In this document: one piece after another, positions 39,825 through 50,489 of the stretch
Layout: every line of letters starts with the position of its first letter
Numbering within the stretch: position 1 is the stretch's first letter
From: Thermococcus sp. JdFR-02
GTDB taxonomy: Archaea; Methanobacteriota_B; Thermococci; Thermococcales; Thermococcaceae
Length of the DNA stretch: 64,000 nt
Assembly: GCA_002009975.1 (NCBI GenBank)
Contig: MTLP01000031.1
Location: forward strand, 32,001 to 96,000
Direction of reading: 5' to 3'
The notes under the pieces: generated by a model
What the model saw: only the letters and a program-made list of their open reading frames with translations
What the model was told of the DNA's origin: nothing
Databases searched by the model: none
Translations under genes and position numbers: made by a program

Positions 39825-41651
39825 TTACCACCCCCACAATGCAAGCACTACCAATACTATTGCTAAATACCATGCATAACTTTGTACATTTCCGTTGTAG
39901 ACATAATATCTCAAGGTCTCAGCCAAATCTTCTACACTCTTTCCAACGTCTTGATAAAGCCTATCAAAGCTCATTCTAAGCCAGAAAGCCAATGTTTCTT
40001 TCAATGGAAGGAAGAAGTTTCTCCTTATAGTTAGATTGTACTCCATAGTTACGGGATTTCCTGATTGATATGTATCTGTAACGGGAACTCTTCTAACTTT
40101 AGCCCCCATGAAGTACACTATCCCAGCAATTACAATGCCAATTACAAGCCAAATCGTTAATAGCAAAGCGTTGTATTTTCCAAAGCCGAGGTCAAGTATG
40201 AACAAGTCCCCTTTAATAACCTCCTTTCCCAGTATGCTGTTTAACTCCTTGGCAACTAAGCCTGGCGCAATTCCAAATACTACGTTAAGCAAAGCCAAGA
40301 TTCCCATTGCTATTGCTAAAGGCAATGGCGCATCTTTTGTATCATCTAAGTCTGTCGGTCTCTGTCCAAACCACACTGCGTATGTGAATCTAATGAGGTA
40401 AACAAACCCTATTGCACTTCCAAAGAAGATAAAGCCACCTAAAATTGGCAAGTTTTGACTTATAACAGCTTCAAATAGAAGCCACTTGCTTGCAAATCCA
40501 ACTAGTGGTGGAATTCCTGCTAAACTCAATATTGCAACAAACGCCATTGCAAAGGTTATTGGCATCTTTTCTGCTAAGCCTCCCATGTCTTTGAACTCTG
40601 TTTTACCAGTTCTATATACAATTGTAGCAACTATTAGGAAAAACAACCCTTTGAAAAGTGCATGGCTTAAAGTGTGGAATAGTGCCGCTTGAATACTCAA
40701 AGCAGTGCCAACACCTATACCTATAAGCACATAGCCAAGCTGACTTATACTCGAGTAGGCAAAGAGCTTTCTTATGTCTTCTTGGAGGGCTGCCAATAAA
40801 CCGCCAACGACTATAGTTAAACCTCCAATGAACGCTATGATATATCCAAACTTTGTTGTACTCCTAAATGCTCCAAAGTCATAGGCTAATTTACTTCCAA
40901 TTAAGATGTAAATCAATATAAATCCATAGACTCCTGCCTTACTTAAAGCACCGCTGAACATTGCAGTGTAGCTTTGGTTTGTTTCACTATAAGCATCTGG
41001 CGCCCAAACATGAAGTGGAAAGGCTCCAGCTTTTACTCCAAAGGCTATTAGGAAGAGCAAATAGATTAGGGCTAACTTCCACTTTGTTAGCATCATTGAA
41101 GCTACGCTCATTCCAGCAAAGCTTAAGTCACCTACACTAGCATACAAAATCCCAATTGCTATTAACATTGAATACGCTCCAAATAAGCTAAGTAAGAAGT
41201 ACTTTAGTGAAGCTTTCTTGTTGTACTTTAAGACCATCATGAATGAGCCAAATGTCATTATTTCCCAGAAAATGAAAAAGCTAACCATATCAAATGCTAA
41301 GAAAACCCCAAGTACTCCTGTTAAGCTCATCAAAGCGAAAAGCCACTCATAGCCATCTTTTGAAGTTGATGTCATGCCAAGTATTGCCGCAAATCCCACT
41401 AAAGCCGCTATTGTAGCAAAGAACCACCCAAGCTTGTAGAGCAAGAAATTGAACTCAAAACCACTTAAACTTAAGGTAAAGTTTATCGTCTCTTTGCTGA
41501 GCTGTTGGTAAAGGTAAGCTAAATAACCCAATGGAATTGCAGCGCTAATTACCCCAATTATCTCTCTAATTCCTTTAATGTTAATGAGCCAAGCTAAAAA
41601 ACCACCTATGAGGGGAGCTAATATTATAATTGGAATTGGATTGATGCTCAT
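39825..41651 (-). CDS. MBS antiporter-like subunit H' (NuoL/M-like)
   Basis: FFIFWE, KAGAFPLHVWAPDAY, LFAYSSISQLGY, HALFKG. Confidence 0.9.
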   Translation of the reverse strand: MSINPIPIIILAPLIGGFLAWLINIKGIREIIGVISAAIPLGYLAYLYQQLSKETINFTLSLSGFEFNFLLYKLGWFFATIAALVGFAAILGMTSTSKDGYEWLFALMSLTGVLGVFLAFDMVSFFIFWEIMTFGSFMMVLKYNKKASLKYFLLSLFGAYSMLIAIGILYASVGDLSFAGMSVASMMLTKWKLALIYLLFLIAFGVKAGAFPLHVWAPDAYSETNQSYTAMFSGALSKAGVYGFILIYILIGSKLAYDFGAFRSTTKFGYIIAFIGGLTIVVGGLLAALQEDIRKLFAYSSISQLGYVLIGIGVGTALSIQAALFHTLSHALFKGLFFLIVATIVYRTGKTEFKDMGGLAEKMPITFAMAFVAILSLAGIPPLVGFASKWLLFEAVISQNLPILGGFIFFGSAIGFVYLIRFTYAVWFGQRPTDLDDTKDAPLPLAIAMGILALLNVVFGIAPGLVAKELNSILGKEVIKGDLFILDLGFGKYNALLLTIWLVIGIVIAGIVYFMGAKVRRVPVTDTYQSGNPVTMEYNLTIRRNFFLPLKETLAFWLRMSFDRLYQDVGKSVEDLAETLRYYVYNGNVQSYAWYLAIVLVVLALWGW

Positions 41652-43129
41652 TTTACCACCTCCAAAAGAGGAACGTTCTTAATGTAAGCAGCCTTGTCAA
41701 AGATATCCCTTCCAGCCTCTTGTATGAAGTGCCAAAGTGAGTCTGGATAAATTCCTATGAGTACTATTATTGCTATTAACAGAGTCATTATTATCCCCAA
41801 AACAATGTTTTCTTCTCCTTTTTCACTTTCAAAGAACCACATTACATGGATTAATTTAATGTAATAAACCGCTTCAACCAAGCTTGCCCCAAGTATTAGT
41901 GCAACTACAAACGTCTTTCCCGCAACCAACGCAGCCAACAGTAATTTTATTTTACTCCAAAAGACGTTGAATAGAGGAATTCCAATTACACTCACAGCTC
42001 CAACTGTGATTGCAAAAGCCGTTAATGGCATTCTTTTTCCTAATCCCCTGAACTTCTCAAACTCTGCACCACCAAGCTCTAAAGCAACATAGCCTACAGC
42101 CAAGAATAAGAGAGCTTTTACTATTGCATGATTTACCATGTGAAATACACTCGCATCTATACCTGCTTGAGTTCCAAGTCCAAAGCCTACTGCAATTAAA
42201 CCTACTTGGGCTATGCTTGAGTAAGCTATCATTCTTTTGACGTTTGCTTGTCTCAAGGCACTTAACTCACCAATAACGACGGTTAAAGTTCCCAAAATTA
42301 TAAGCAGATTTAGAATGTTTTGCCATGTCTCAACACTGCTCAATAAGTAGACTATTCTCGCTATCGCATAGAGTGAAGCTTTAACTACGAAGGCAGAGAA
42401 CAATGTGGTTATTGGATGAGGTGCGGCTTGGTATGCATCTGGTGCCCAAGCGTTTAGTGGGAATAGCTCACCTTCAACTGCTAATCCAAAAATGAGCAAA
42501 GCTAAAGCTACTTGAGCAACTGTTGGATCAATAAGCGAAGCTTTTTGAGCTATATCCGCTAAGTTTAAAGTTCCCAAGCTTCCATAAATCAATGCAACCC
42601 CGACGAGGAAAAAGCTTGAACCAATCCCACCTAGGATTATGTATTTCATGCTCGCCTCACTTGCGTGAGCATCTTTGTTGTAAGCTGTCAAAGCATAAGC
42701 ACTAATTGCTGTAATCTCCATGAAAACGAAGAGATTGAAAATGTCCCCCGTTGCAATCATTCCCGTTGCACCAAGCATTAAAAGTAAAAACAGCATTGCA
42801 TACTTGTCCTTTGGCTCAATATTAATTGCCCTCATGCTAAACACTGCCATCAGAAATGATACTAAGGCTATTATTAATGCAAATAGAGAAGCGAAGTGTC
42901 CAATGTAGAGGTTAATCCCAACGGGTGGTCTAAAGCCACCAGCCATGATTATTATTGGGTTTCCAGTTGTATAAACATCTCTAAACACTAAAGCAGCTAT
43001 GATCGTTTGAATTAAGGTGATTAAAGTTAAGTAAGGCATTATAGCTTTTTTGCTTATCTTTTTGAGGATTGGGACAAAAAATGCACTAATTAGAGGTAAA
43101 GCAATGAGTAATGAAGCGTATTGGGTCAT
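41648..43129 (-). CDS. mbxH: MBS antiporter-like subunit H (MrpD-like)
   Basis: DIFNLFVFME, FPLNAWAPDAY, KRMIAYSS, NHAIVKALLF. Confidence 0.9.
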   Translation of the reverse strand: MTQYASLLIALPLISAFFVPILKKISKKAIMPYLTLITLIQTIIAALVFRDVYTTGNPIIIMAGGFRPPVGINLYIGHFASLFALIIALVSFLMAVFSMRAINIEPKDKYAMLFLLLMLGATGMIATGDIFNLFVFMEITAISAYALTAYNKDAHASEASMKYIILGGIGSSFFLVGVALIYGSLGTLNLADIAQKASLIDPTVAQVALALLIFGLAVEGELFPLNAWAPDAYQAAPHPITTLFSAFVVKASLYAIARIVYLLSSVETWQNILNLLIILGTLTVVIGELSALRQANVKRMIAYSSIAQVGLIAVGFGLGTQAGIDASVFHMVNHAIVKALLFLAVGYVALELGGAEFEKFRGLGKRMPLTAFAITVGAVSVIGIPLFNVFWSKIKLLLAALVAGKTFVVALILGASLVEAVYYIKLIHVMWFFESEKGEENIVLGIIMTLLIAIIVLIGIYPDSLWHFIQEAGRDIFDKAAYIKNVPLLEVVK

Positions 43130-43476
43130 CCCCTCAACCCCCTTATCTTTTCTATATCCAAAGTATTATAGCGCTCATAAACGTTAATTGCAACGCTTAA
43201 GGCTAAAGCGGTTGTAGCAACACCAATAACGATTGCAGTAAGAACTAACGCCTGTGGAATGGGATCAACGACATTTGTAGGAGTTGCATAGTCACTTAAA
43301 ATTGGAGCAGTGGCATTTCTTACATAGCCAACTGAAATGAGCAGAAGGTTAACACCAGTTTCCATTATGCTTAATCCTACGAGGATTTTAAGCAAATTCC
43401 TCTTGGTTAAAATGGCATAGAGTCCAATGAGAATCAATGAAATTGCTCCAAAGTAGTAAACGCCTATGCTGGTCAT
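43126..43476 (-). CDS. mbxG: MBS subunit G (MrpC-like)
   Basis: DPIPQALVLTAIVIG. Confidence 0.92.
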   Translation of the reverse strand: MTSIGVYYFGAISLILIGLYAILTKRNLLKILVGLSIMETGVNLLLISVGYVRNATAPILSDYATPTNVVDPIPQALVLTAIVIGVATTALALSVAINVYERYNTLDIEKIRGLRG

Positions 43477-44180
43477 CCTTCCACCTCCTTGGATTCCTTA
43501 ATCATGCGATCAATTATTCCCGTTAGCTCTGTTCCAACCTTGATTCCGATTATTGTGTAGATTATGGGGATGAATCCAGCACTTAAGAGCCTTCCAATAT
43601 CTCCAACTTCCCAAATTTGCCATATCCAATCAAAGAGGAAGTAGCCACCGATAGCTAAGCCTATTAGACCAACTGCAACATAGCTTACTCCACTTAGTCC
43701 CTCTAAAGGCTCGAATAGATTGTGATCAATTTCATATTCCTTGTACGCTAAGTAGATCATTAGAAATGCTGTTGCTATTGTCGCTCCACCCGGAAATCCT
43801 CCTCCAGGTGTTAAATGACCATGGATGAATATGTAGGCACCAAAGAGCATTATGAATGGCAGTAAAACCCTTGAACCGGTTTTTAGGATTAAGCTACCAT
43901 CAACTTCTGCACTTCTCTCTTCCCTTCTCCTCCAAAGCAAAGCTGCAACTCCAGTTGAAGCGATAAACAAAACTGTAACTTCTCCCAACGTATCAAAGCC
44001 TCTATAATTAACGACCACTGCTGTAACTGCGTTAATCGCTCCAGTTTGCTCTTTAACATTCTCTAAATAGTACTTTCCAACGAGCATTTTGTCTTCTCCA
44101 AAGGGAACCTTAGCTAAAGCATTCGCAATCCAAAATCCAATTACCAAGATGAAGATTATTGCCAATATTCGCTTCACCAT
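43473..44180 (-). CDS. MBS MrpB-like subunit (MbxF/MbsE)
   Basis: NAVTAVVVNYRGFDTLGE and HGHLTPGGGFPGG. Confidence 0.9.
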   Translation of the reverse strand: MVKRILAIIFILVIGFWIANALAKVPFGEDKMLVGKYYLENVKEQTGAINAVTAVVVNYRGFDTLGEVTVLFIASTGVAALLWRRREERSAEVDGSLILKTGSRVLLPFIMLFGAYIFIHGHLTPGGGFPGGATIATAFLMIYLAYKEYEIDHNLFEPLEGLSGVSYVAVGLIGLAIGGYFLFDWIWQIWEVGDIGRLLSAGFIPIIYTIIGIKVGTELTGIIDRMIKESKEVEG

Positions 44181-44449
44181 CTTACCCACCATCCTGTTCC
44201 TTCTTCCTCGCTCTCATACCTTTGAGTTCTCTTAATTGCGAAGATGAAGATAGCTGCACTCATAGCTGCTCCAATAGCCGCTTCTGTCATTGCAACATCC
44301 GGAGCTTGAAGGAAGAAAAACGCTATTGAGGCGAATAAACTTACAGCCGCCATTCCGACTACTGCAGCTAATAAGTCTCTCCACTCAACAGCAAATATTG
44401 CAGAAAGCACCATTAAAGCGACTATAAATATTCCAACCCATTCGCTCAT
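44174..44449 (-). CDS. mbxD: MBS subunit D
   Basis: LQAPDVAMTEAAIG. Confidence 0.9.
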   Translation of the reverse strand: MSEWVGIFIVALMVLSAIFAVEWRDLLAAVVGMAAVSLFASIAFFFLQAPDVAMTEAAIGAAMSAAIFIFAIKRTQRYESEEEGTGWWVRW

Positions 44450-44787
44450 TGCTCTCCCTCCTCTTTCAGGGCTTCTTTGTACTTATCCACAATGCTTCCT
44501 TCCCAAAGCGGAATTCCACTCCTATAGGCTGCTCTAATCAACGCATGGGCACTTATTGGGTTTGTAAGCAATAGGAACAGCGCAATCACAAGTGCTTTTG
44601 GAAAACAGCAAGGGCTGTAAATTCCAACTCCAATCATAACACCTAATGAAGCCAAAGTTGCACTCTTCGTTGCTGTCTGCATCCTATTGTAAACATCTGG
44701 CATCCTAATTAGACCGAGGGATGAGAGAACGTAAAAAAGTGACCCTGTGAATATTAAAAATGCTCCAATAGCTTCATTTATTGTCAT
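44446..44787 (-). CDS. mbxC: MBS subunit C (MrpG-like)
   Basis: RMPDVYNRMQTATK, TNPISAHALIRAAY. Confidence 0.92.
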   Translation of the reverse strand: MTINEAIGAFLIFTGSLFYVLSSLGLIRMPDVYNRMQTATKSATLASLGVMIGVGIYSPCCFPKALVIALFLLLTNPISAHALIRAAYRSGIPLWEGSIVDKYKEALKEEGEQ

Positions 44788-45038
44788 AACCCTCCCTCCA
44801 AGTACCTTGCAAAAGCTATCACTCCTAAGAAAGCTAAAACCGCATAAACCAATGCAACGTCAAGGAAAATCGCCCTCTTGTAGTACAGTGCAAAGAGAAC
44901 CATTAATCCAGTTGTAATTGTGGTCATTATATCAATAGCTATAATTCTGTCAACAGTTGTTGGACCTCTAAACACTCTATACATGCTCAGAACTGTTGCT
45001 ATGGCTATTAAAACTAGGGAAACTTCAATTATCGTCAT
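44784..45038 (-). CDS. mbxB: MBS subunit B (MrpF-like)
   Basis: RGPTTVDRIIAID, LDVALVYA. Confidence 0.92.
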   Translation of the reverse strand: MTIIEVSLVLIAIATVLSMYRVFRGPTTVDRIIAIDIMTTITTGLMVLFALYYKRAIFLDVALVYAVLAFLGVIAFARYLEGGL

Positions 45039-45540
45039 GGAATATCACCCTTAGGAATTTTTCAAAAGGCTTTCCTATATGCTTAGATGCACCTTCAAGG
45101 GAAGGATCTTTGACATCAATCCAGTGAATGTAGAGTCGATCACCTTTAACATCAACACTCATTGTACCTGGTGTTAGTGTAATTGAGTTTGCTAAAACGA
45201 GCTTTGCAATATCATTTGTAAGATTTGTCTTTATTTCAACAATTCCTGGATTTATGGGTCTCTTTGGATGCAAAACTCTATAAGCAACGTCTAAGTTTGC
45301 CATTATCATTGCCCAGAGAAAATAAGGTATGTAGGCTACAGTGTAGAGAATTCGCTTTGGGTGCAAATTGCTTAGTCCATACTTGGTGAAAACCTGATAG
45401 GTTAATGCTGCTATTATTAAAGATAGCACAAATCCCATGGTAAGTTCTTGAGGATCTAAACTGTTTGTGAGAAATAACCAAATCACAAAAAGGATGATTA
45501 CCGTGTAGAGATAGCGACTTACTTTGCTTGCTTCGCCCAT
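45025..45540 (-). CDS. mbxA: MBS subunit A (MrpE-like)
   Basis: ANLDVAYRVL, INPGIV, LANSITLTPGT. Confidence 0.92.
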   Translation of the reverse strand: MGEASKVSRYLYTVIILFVIWLFLTNSLDPQELTMGFVLSLIIAALTYQVFTKYGLSNLHPKRILYTVAYIPYFLWAMIMANLDVAYRVLHPKRPINPGIVEIKTNLTNDIAKLVLANSITLTPGTMSVDVKGDRLYIHWIDVKDPSLEGASKHIGKPFEKFLRVIFHDDN

Positions 45541-45587
45541 TTATCAACCCTCCTAAATCTTAAATTTGAAACTGATTACATACATTT

Positions 45588-45660
45588 GTTCTAAACGTTT
45601 GTTTTAAAATTTGCATATATAAACTTTATCAAAGGAACCTTTGGTTCAAAACATTATGTT
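45588..45660 (-). promoter_or_regulatory. mbs/mbx promoter with SurR boxes
   Basis: GTTctaAAC at 45588-96; minus-strand TTTATATA at about 45616-23; AAC-n5-GTTcaaAAC-n5-GTT at 45636-60. Confidence 0.8.
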
Positions 45661-45734
45661 AAAAAACGCTCAAAAATGCTCTCTGTTGTAGAATAGAGTA
45701 CTATAAAATCCAAAGATCAGCATACAAAGTTTTA

Positions 45735-46328
45735 TCATTTCTTACATACCATAAGCCTAACAATTCCCAGATAGTACCTCTCTTCTCGTTCAATCTTAAA
45801 GAAATCTCTAACAAGGTTGTGAGTCTTTCTTAAAGTGTCATCTCCCAAGATAGGATAGAGAAAGAGCTTAAGGATTCTTAAAAAGAGCAGATTTAGAACT
45901 TTAGAATTGCTCAGAGTGTGCTCAAGAAAGATTATTTTTCCATTGGGCTTTAATACTCGCCTTAATTCACCCATCGCTCTAACAGGATTCGGTACTGTAC
46001 AGAAAACAAAGCTTACAATTATTGTATCAAAATATTCTGAGGGAAAGCTCAACTTTTCGGCATCCATCTTGAAGAACTTAACATCTAAACCAAGCTTTTT
46101 AGCCCTCTTTTGAGCTATTTTGAGCATCCCCTCACTTCCATCAATAGCGTAAAGCTCAACGTCCTTAGAATAATAGGGCAGATTCTTCCCTGTTCCAATA
46201 CCAACTTCTAGAGTCCTTCCTTTAGCATAGCTAACAGCTTTCTGCCTTAGAGGGAGGAAAAAAGAATCCAAAATCCTTTCAAACTTGTCGTAATTCTCAG
46301 CTATTGCATCATATTTATGGTGATACAT
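45735..46328 (-). CDS. Class I SAM-dependent methyltransferase
   Basis: LEVGIGTG, DAEKLSFP..FDTI, LRRVLKPNG. Confidence 0.9.
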   Translation of the reverse strand: MYHHKYDAIAENYDKFERILDSFFLPLRQKAVSYAKGRTLEVGIGTGKNLPYYSKDVELYAIDGSEGMLKIAQKRAKKLGLDVKFFKMDAEKLSFPSEYFDTIIVSFVFCTVPNPVRAMGELRRVLKPNGKIIFLEHTLSNSKVLNLLFLRILKLFLYPILGDDTLRKTHNLVRDFFKIEREERYYLGIVRLMVCKK

Positions 46329-46347
46329 GGAGTCACCAAACCTTTAT

Positions 46348-47181
46348 TTATCCTTTAAGGGTTTTAAACCTTGCAATTATCCATCCAACTGGTGGGTGTT
46401 CTTCTCCATATAGCCGAAGCTTTTTGTAAGCTTTTTCCCACCTCTCTAAAATATCCCTTTGCTTTTGCCTATCGCTAATTTTTTCAACATATTCTTTTGG
46501 AATGTAAGCTAAGAAATGAGGTAGATTAGGCTCAAAAACTCCAAAGTCTTCAACTTTCCCACCAGCTTTTCTTATGAACTCTAAGAGTCTTTCAAGAGGA
46601 AAATAATGCAAATCATCCTTTTCACCGTAAAGAGCTTCAAAGATCTCTTGTCTTAAATTGTACATCTCAAGATGAGCTTCTTGCGCTTTGTTCTTTGCTA
46701 TTGGCAAACTTTCAGCTATGAAAATTCTTTTCGAAACTCTCAACATTTCCTTTAGCACTTTGATTATTGTTCTTTCATTTCTTAAGCTCCTAATTCCATG
46801 AACTAGAACAGCTAAATCAAAACTTTTAAAGGGAAATGGCAACTCCTGAGCATCGCACTTTAAAGGGATAACTCTTCTCTTTAAACCAGCTTGTCCTACT
46901 ATCTCTTCAAAGTAAGCCCACCTTGCCTTATCAACCGCAACCACTCTCCCTTTTTCTCCAACCATGTAAGCTAAAGGAACAGTTGTTATAGCATGTGCTC
47001 CACAGCCAATCTCGAGAACATTCATTCCCTTTTGAATGCCAGCAAACTGTAAAAGCCTAAACCTTTCAAGCATTTCAATGTGAAGCCAGTTCTTTGGGAG
47101 AGGTTGCTCATTCCTTGGAGGGATTTTTGAAAGAATCTCATTCTTAAACCGTTCCTCAAAATTTTGCACAGTATTCACCAT
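46348..47181 (-). CDS. Class I SAM-dependent methyltransferase
   Basis: VLEIGCG, VVAVD, DAQELPFP..SFD, EMLRV. Confidence 0.85.
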   Translation of the reverse strand: MVNTVQNFEERFKNEILSKIPPRNEQPLPKNWLHIEMLERFRLLQFAGIQKGMNVLEIGCGAHAITTVPLAYMVGEKGRVVAVDKARWAYFEEIVGQAGLKRRVIPLKCDAQELPFPFKSFDLAVLVHGIRSLRNERTIIKVLKEMLRVSKRIFIAESLPIAKNKAQEAHLEMYNLRQEIFEALYGEKDDLHYFPLERLLEFIRKAGGKVEDFGVFEPNLPHFLAYIPKEYVEKISDRQKQRDILERWEKAYKKLRLYGEEHPPVGWIIARFKTLKG

Positions 47182-47301
47182 TAAAAACTTAAAAACCCCC
47201 GTTTAAAGCGTTTTTGGAGAAAAAATTTAAAAGCTGGCGTTGATATTTAACCCGGACAAAATTTCGACAAAGTTAAATAACTTGAAAAGAAAGAAAAAAT
47301 T

Positions 47302-49017
47302 TCACTTGTGCGCAAATATTGCCCTAACCTTCTCTTCTTCAACTGCATCAATTCTTACAAAGCCAAACCTCTCGAACTGTACTATCTCATCAACCTTCAC
47401 ATTTGCATCGCTTTCCAAAAGCCCTTCTCTCAGTACTAACTCATCTCCCTCTGGAATTAGCACTTCACATAGCTTACCCTCTGGAACCCAGTGAATCATG
47501 TGCCATCTGTGCTCTCTTGCTTTCTCATACTCAATGCTATCAAACTCTGCCGTAACTTTCTTTTCACTAACTTCAAGAATCTTGACATTAAAGAGGTCTT
47601 TTAATCTAATGTATTCGCTTTTCTTCAAGAGTTCTAAATCATCCTTTGAAATATAAACTGGCTTCTCTGGAATGAACTTAAGTTCCCTATACCCTCTTTC
47701 TGGATGATCCGGGTGAAGTGGGACTTTTGCCATAAATTCCTCATTAAAACCTTTGATCTCCATTGGAATCGGGTCAGCAACAAAGAAATATCTATTAGCT
47801 ATTGGGTCAATCAGCTTTCTATTTATTGCTGCTAAATTATCCCAGCTTATTGTTGCATCGCTCTTCTTAATGCCAACGCTTATGATAAGCTCTCTAATTG
47901 CCTCTGGAAGAATTCCTCTCCTTCTTAAAGCTCTAATAGTTCCTAACCTTGGATCATCCCAGCCGAGATATTTACCCTCTTGAATTCCCCTTCTCGTCTT
48001 TGATTTACTTAAAATAACGCCTTCAATTGAAAGCCTTCCATGCTGAATTGCCACTGGATATTCCCATCCAAAATATCTGTAGATATAGCGTTGTCTCGTC
48101 TCGTTTTCAGCATGCTCTTGTCCTCTAAAGATGTGGGTAACTCCCAATTCATGATCATCAATTGCTGAGGCAAAGTTGTAAAGGGGCCAAACCCTATATT
48201 TATCCCCAGCTCTTGGATGGTCTGGATTGTCAATTATTCTTAAAGCGGGCCATTCTCTAACAGCAGGATTTGGATGATTTAAGTCAGTTTTAATTCTTAC
48301 AACAGCTTCTCCCTCTTTGTAAGTTCCATCAAGCATTTTTCTCCACTCTTCCAACTGAACTTCTGGAGGTAAATCTCTATGAGGACAGGGTTTTCCTTCA
48401 TCCCTACGTTTTCTAAACTGCTCCGAGCTACAAGTACAAACATAAGCTTTACCCATCTTTAAAAGCTCTTCAGCGTATCTATAATAAATCTCAAGCCTAT
48501 CACTTGCGTGGTGAATTTCATCTGGTTTAAGCCCAAGCCACTCTAAATCCTCAATAATCCACTCATAAAATATCGGTTCTGGTCTCTTTACCTTGGGATC
48601 AGTGTCATCAAACCTCAAAATAAATTTTCCGCCATATCTCTTTGCGTATTCGTAGCTCAAGACTGCGGCTCTTGCATTGCCTAAATGAAAAGCTCCATCT
48701 GGATTCGGTGCAAAACGAGTGATAACTTTTCCTTTCTCAGCCTTTGGTAGTGGAGGTAATTCATGCTTTTTCTCCTCTTTCTTTTCTTTAACCTCAAAGA
48801 ATTCTGGATAAATTTCCCTAAGCTTTGTCTCTTGCTCTTCTTTACTCATGGAATTAACTTTTTCAACAATATCATTAACAAGAGGGACTAACTCTCTTGC
48901 TTTGGGTCTGAGCTCTGGATTCTCACCTAAAATTTTACCAATTACTGCTTTTGGGTTAGCTTTTCCTCCATGTTGAACGGCATTGATGAGAGCGTACTTC
49001 AAAACTACCTTTTCCAT
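47302..49017 (-). CDS. gltX: Glutamate--tRNA ligase (archaeal)
   Basis: TRFAPNPDGAFHLGN, LRFDDTDP, LSKS, WDDPRLGT, QFERFGF. Confidence 0.97.
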   Translation of the reverse strand: MEKVVLKYALINAVQHGGKANPKAVIGKILGENPELRPKARELVPLVNDIVEKVNSMSKEEQETKLREIYPEFFEVKEKKEEKKHELPPLPKAEKGKVITRFAPNPDGAFHLGNARAAVLSYEYAKRYGGKFILRFDDTDPKVKRPEPIFYEWIIEDLEWLGLKPDEIHHASDRLEIYYRYAEELLKMGKAYVCTCSSEQFRKRRDEGKPCPHRDLPPEVQLEEWRKMLDGTYKEGEAVVRIKTDLNHPNPAVREWPALRIIDNPDHPRAGDKYRVWPLYNFASAIDDHELGVTHIFRGQEHAENETRQRYIYRYFGWEYPVAIQHGRLSIEGVILSKSKTRRGIQEGKYLGWDDPRLGTIRALRRRGILPEAIRELIISVGIKKSDATISWDNLAAINRKLIDPIANRYFFVADPIPMEIKGFNEEFMAKVPLHPDHPERGYRELKFIPEKPVYISKDDLELLKKSEYIRLKDLFNVKILEVSEKKVTAEFDSIEYEKAREHRWHMIHWVPEGKLCEVLIPEGDELVLREGLLESDANVKVDEIVQFERFGFVRIDAVEEEKVRAIFAHK

Positions 49018-49098
49018 TCACACCACCTAAGTAAGGAAAAAGAGATGATGGTTATAAAAGTTATGTGGGGGAAGAAAACAGAAAAGGATAAAAGGGCG

Positions 49099-50478
49099 TT
49101 ATTCTGCAAAAGTCAAAATTCTTAAGTCAATTGGTCTTCTAACAACGTTGGCTTTCCTTGCTCCAATTAAGTATTTAACACCCTTTTCACTGACTATATC
49201 AATCAATCTTTGGGTTATTATTCCATTGAAAATTATTGCATGAACACCTTCCTTCTCATTTAATGTGTTTAGTAAATCTCTAACTGGGATTTCAGCCACA
49301 ATGTTCTTGTTTTCATCTAAAAGTATTGCTGTTGAGTCATTTTTTACCTTTTCAACGAATTCACTGAACTTTTCAAGTTCAGATACTTTTGGAACCTGTA
49401 TTGGCTTAACAAACTTCTCTTCCCTTTCTTTTGCTTCTTGCTTTGCAGTTGTAACAGAGGGCTGAGGTTTAGGCTTCTCTTCTTTAGAGGTTTCTTCAAT
49501 TTTCTCTACTTTCTCTTTTTCCTTCACTATCTCATAGAAATTCTTTCCTCTGTAAAATAGCTCATTAATAACCTGCTCAGCTGGAACTTTACTCCTTAAG
49601 GATTTGATAATCTCTTTCTTTGTTAATTCCTCAACTTCTTTTCCCTCTGGTGCCCTTGCAACATAGTCAACATCAGCAACTTGCAAAAGCTCCTTGAGTA
49701 TTAACTCCCCTCCTCTGTCACCATCTGTAAATGCTGTTACGATTCTTTCCTTACTTAATTTAATGATTGTCTCTGGTACTGAAGTTCCTTCAACAGCTAT
49801 GGCATTTTTAATACCATGCTTTAGTAGATTTAAAACATCAGCTCTGCCCTCTACTACGATAATTGAGTCTGAAAATGGAACGTGTGGACCAGCTGGTAAT
49901 TTCTCTGGACCATATTCAATCAACTCCTTAGCCCTAACAGCTTTTTTAACTTCCTCTGTAAGCTCTTGGCTTTCTGGAATTTCCTCCTCCATTAAGGTCT
50001 CCAATATTTCTTTTGCCCTTTCAACTATGTATCTCCTCTTTGTTGCCCTAACGTCTTCAATCTTCATTACCTTTATTCTTGCTTCACAAGGTCCTACCCT
50101 GTCAATAGTTTCCAACGCTGCTGCCAAAATTGCAGTTTCTACCCTATCCAAACTAGAAGGAACGGTGATTGTCCCATATGTTTTTCCAGCTCTTGTATGA
50201 ACATCAACCTTAATTCTTCCAATTCTCCCAGTTTTTTGGAGTTCTCTTAAATCTAAATCATCACCAAGCAAACCTTCAGTTTGTCCAAAAATAGCACCTA
50301 CAACGTCTGGTCTTTCAACAACACCATTAGCCTCAAATTCAGCATAGATGACGTATTTTGTTGTTCCAAAATCGTCCCTTACCGCCATATCTTCACCACC
50401 TTCTCCTTTCTTTCTCTCGTATTCACGTCTTTGTTTTTCGGTCAAAATATGATGCAATATTGTCTTCTTCCTTTTCAA
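49099..50478 (-). CDS. dnaG: DnaG-like (TOPRIM, exosome-associated) protein
   Basis: GVVERPDVVGAIFGQTEGLLG, VVEGRAD, DGDRGG. Confidence 0.95.
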   Translation of the reverse strand: MKRKKTILHHILTEKQRREYERKKGEGGEDMAVRDDFGTTKYVIYAEFEANGVVERPDVVGAIFGQTEGLLGDDLDLRELQKTGRIGRIKVDVHTRAGKTYGTITVPSSLDRVETAILAAALETIDRVGPCEARIKVMKIEDVRATKRRYIVERAKEILETLMEEEIPESQELTEEVKKAVRAKELIEYGPEKLPAGPHVPFSDSIIVVEGRADVLNLLKHGIKNAIAVEGTSVPETIIKLSKERIVTAFTDGDRGGELILKELLQVADVDYVARAPEGKEVEELTKKEIIKSLRSKVPAEQVINELFYRGKNFYEIVKEKEKVEKIEETSKEEKPKPQPSVTTAKQEAKEREEKFVKPIQVPKVSELEKFSEFVEKVKNDSTAILLDENKNIVAEIPVRDLLNTLNEKEGVHAIIFNGIITQRLIDIVSEKGVKYLIGARKANVVRRPIDLRILTFAE

Positions 50479-50489
50479 GCAAATCCCTC

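Noticed and set aside
36089-45540. Membrane-bound [NiFe]-hydrogenase (mbh)
   Set aside because: The large subunit lacks both CxxC NiFe motifs and there are two antiporter subunits, which identifies MBS/MBX
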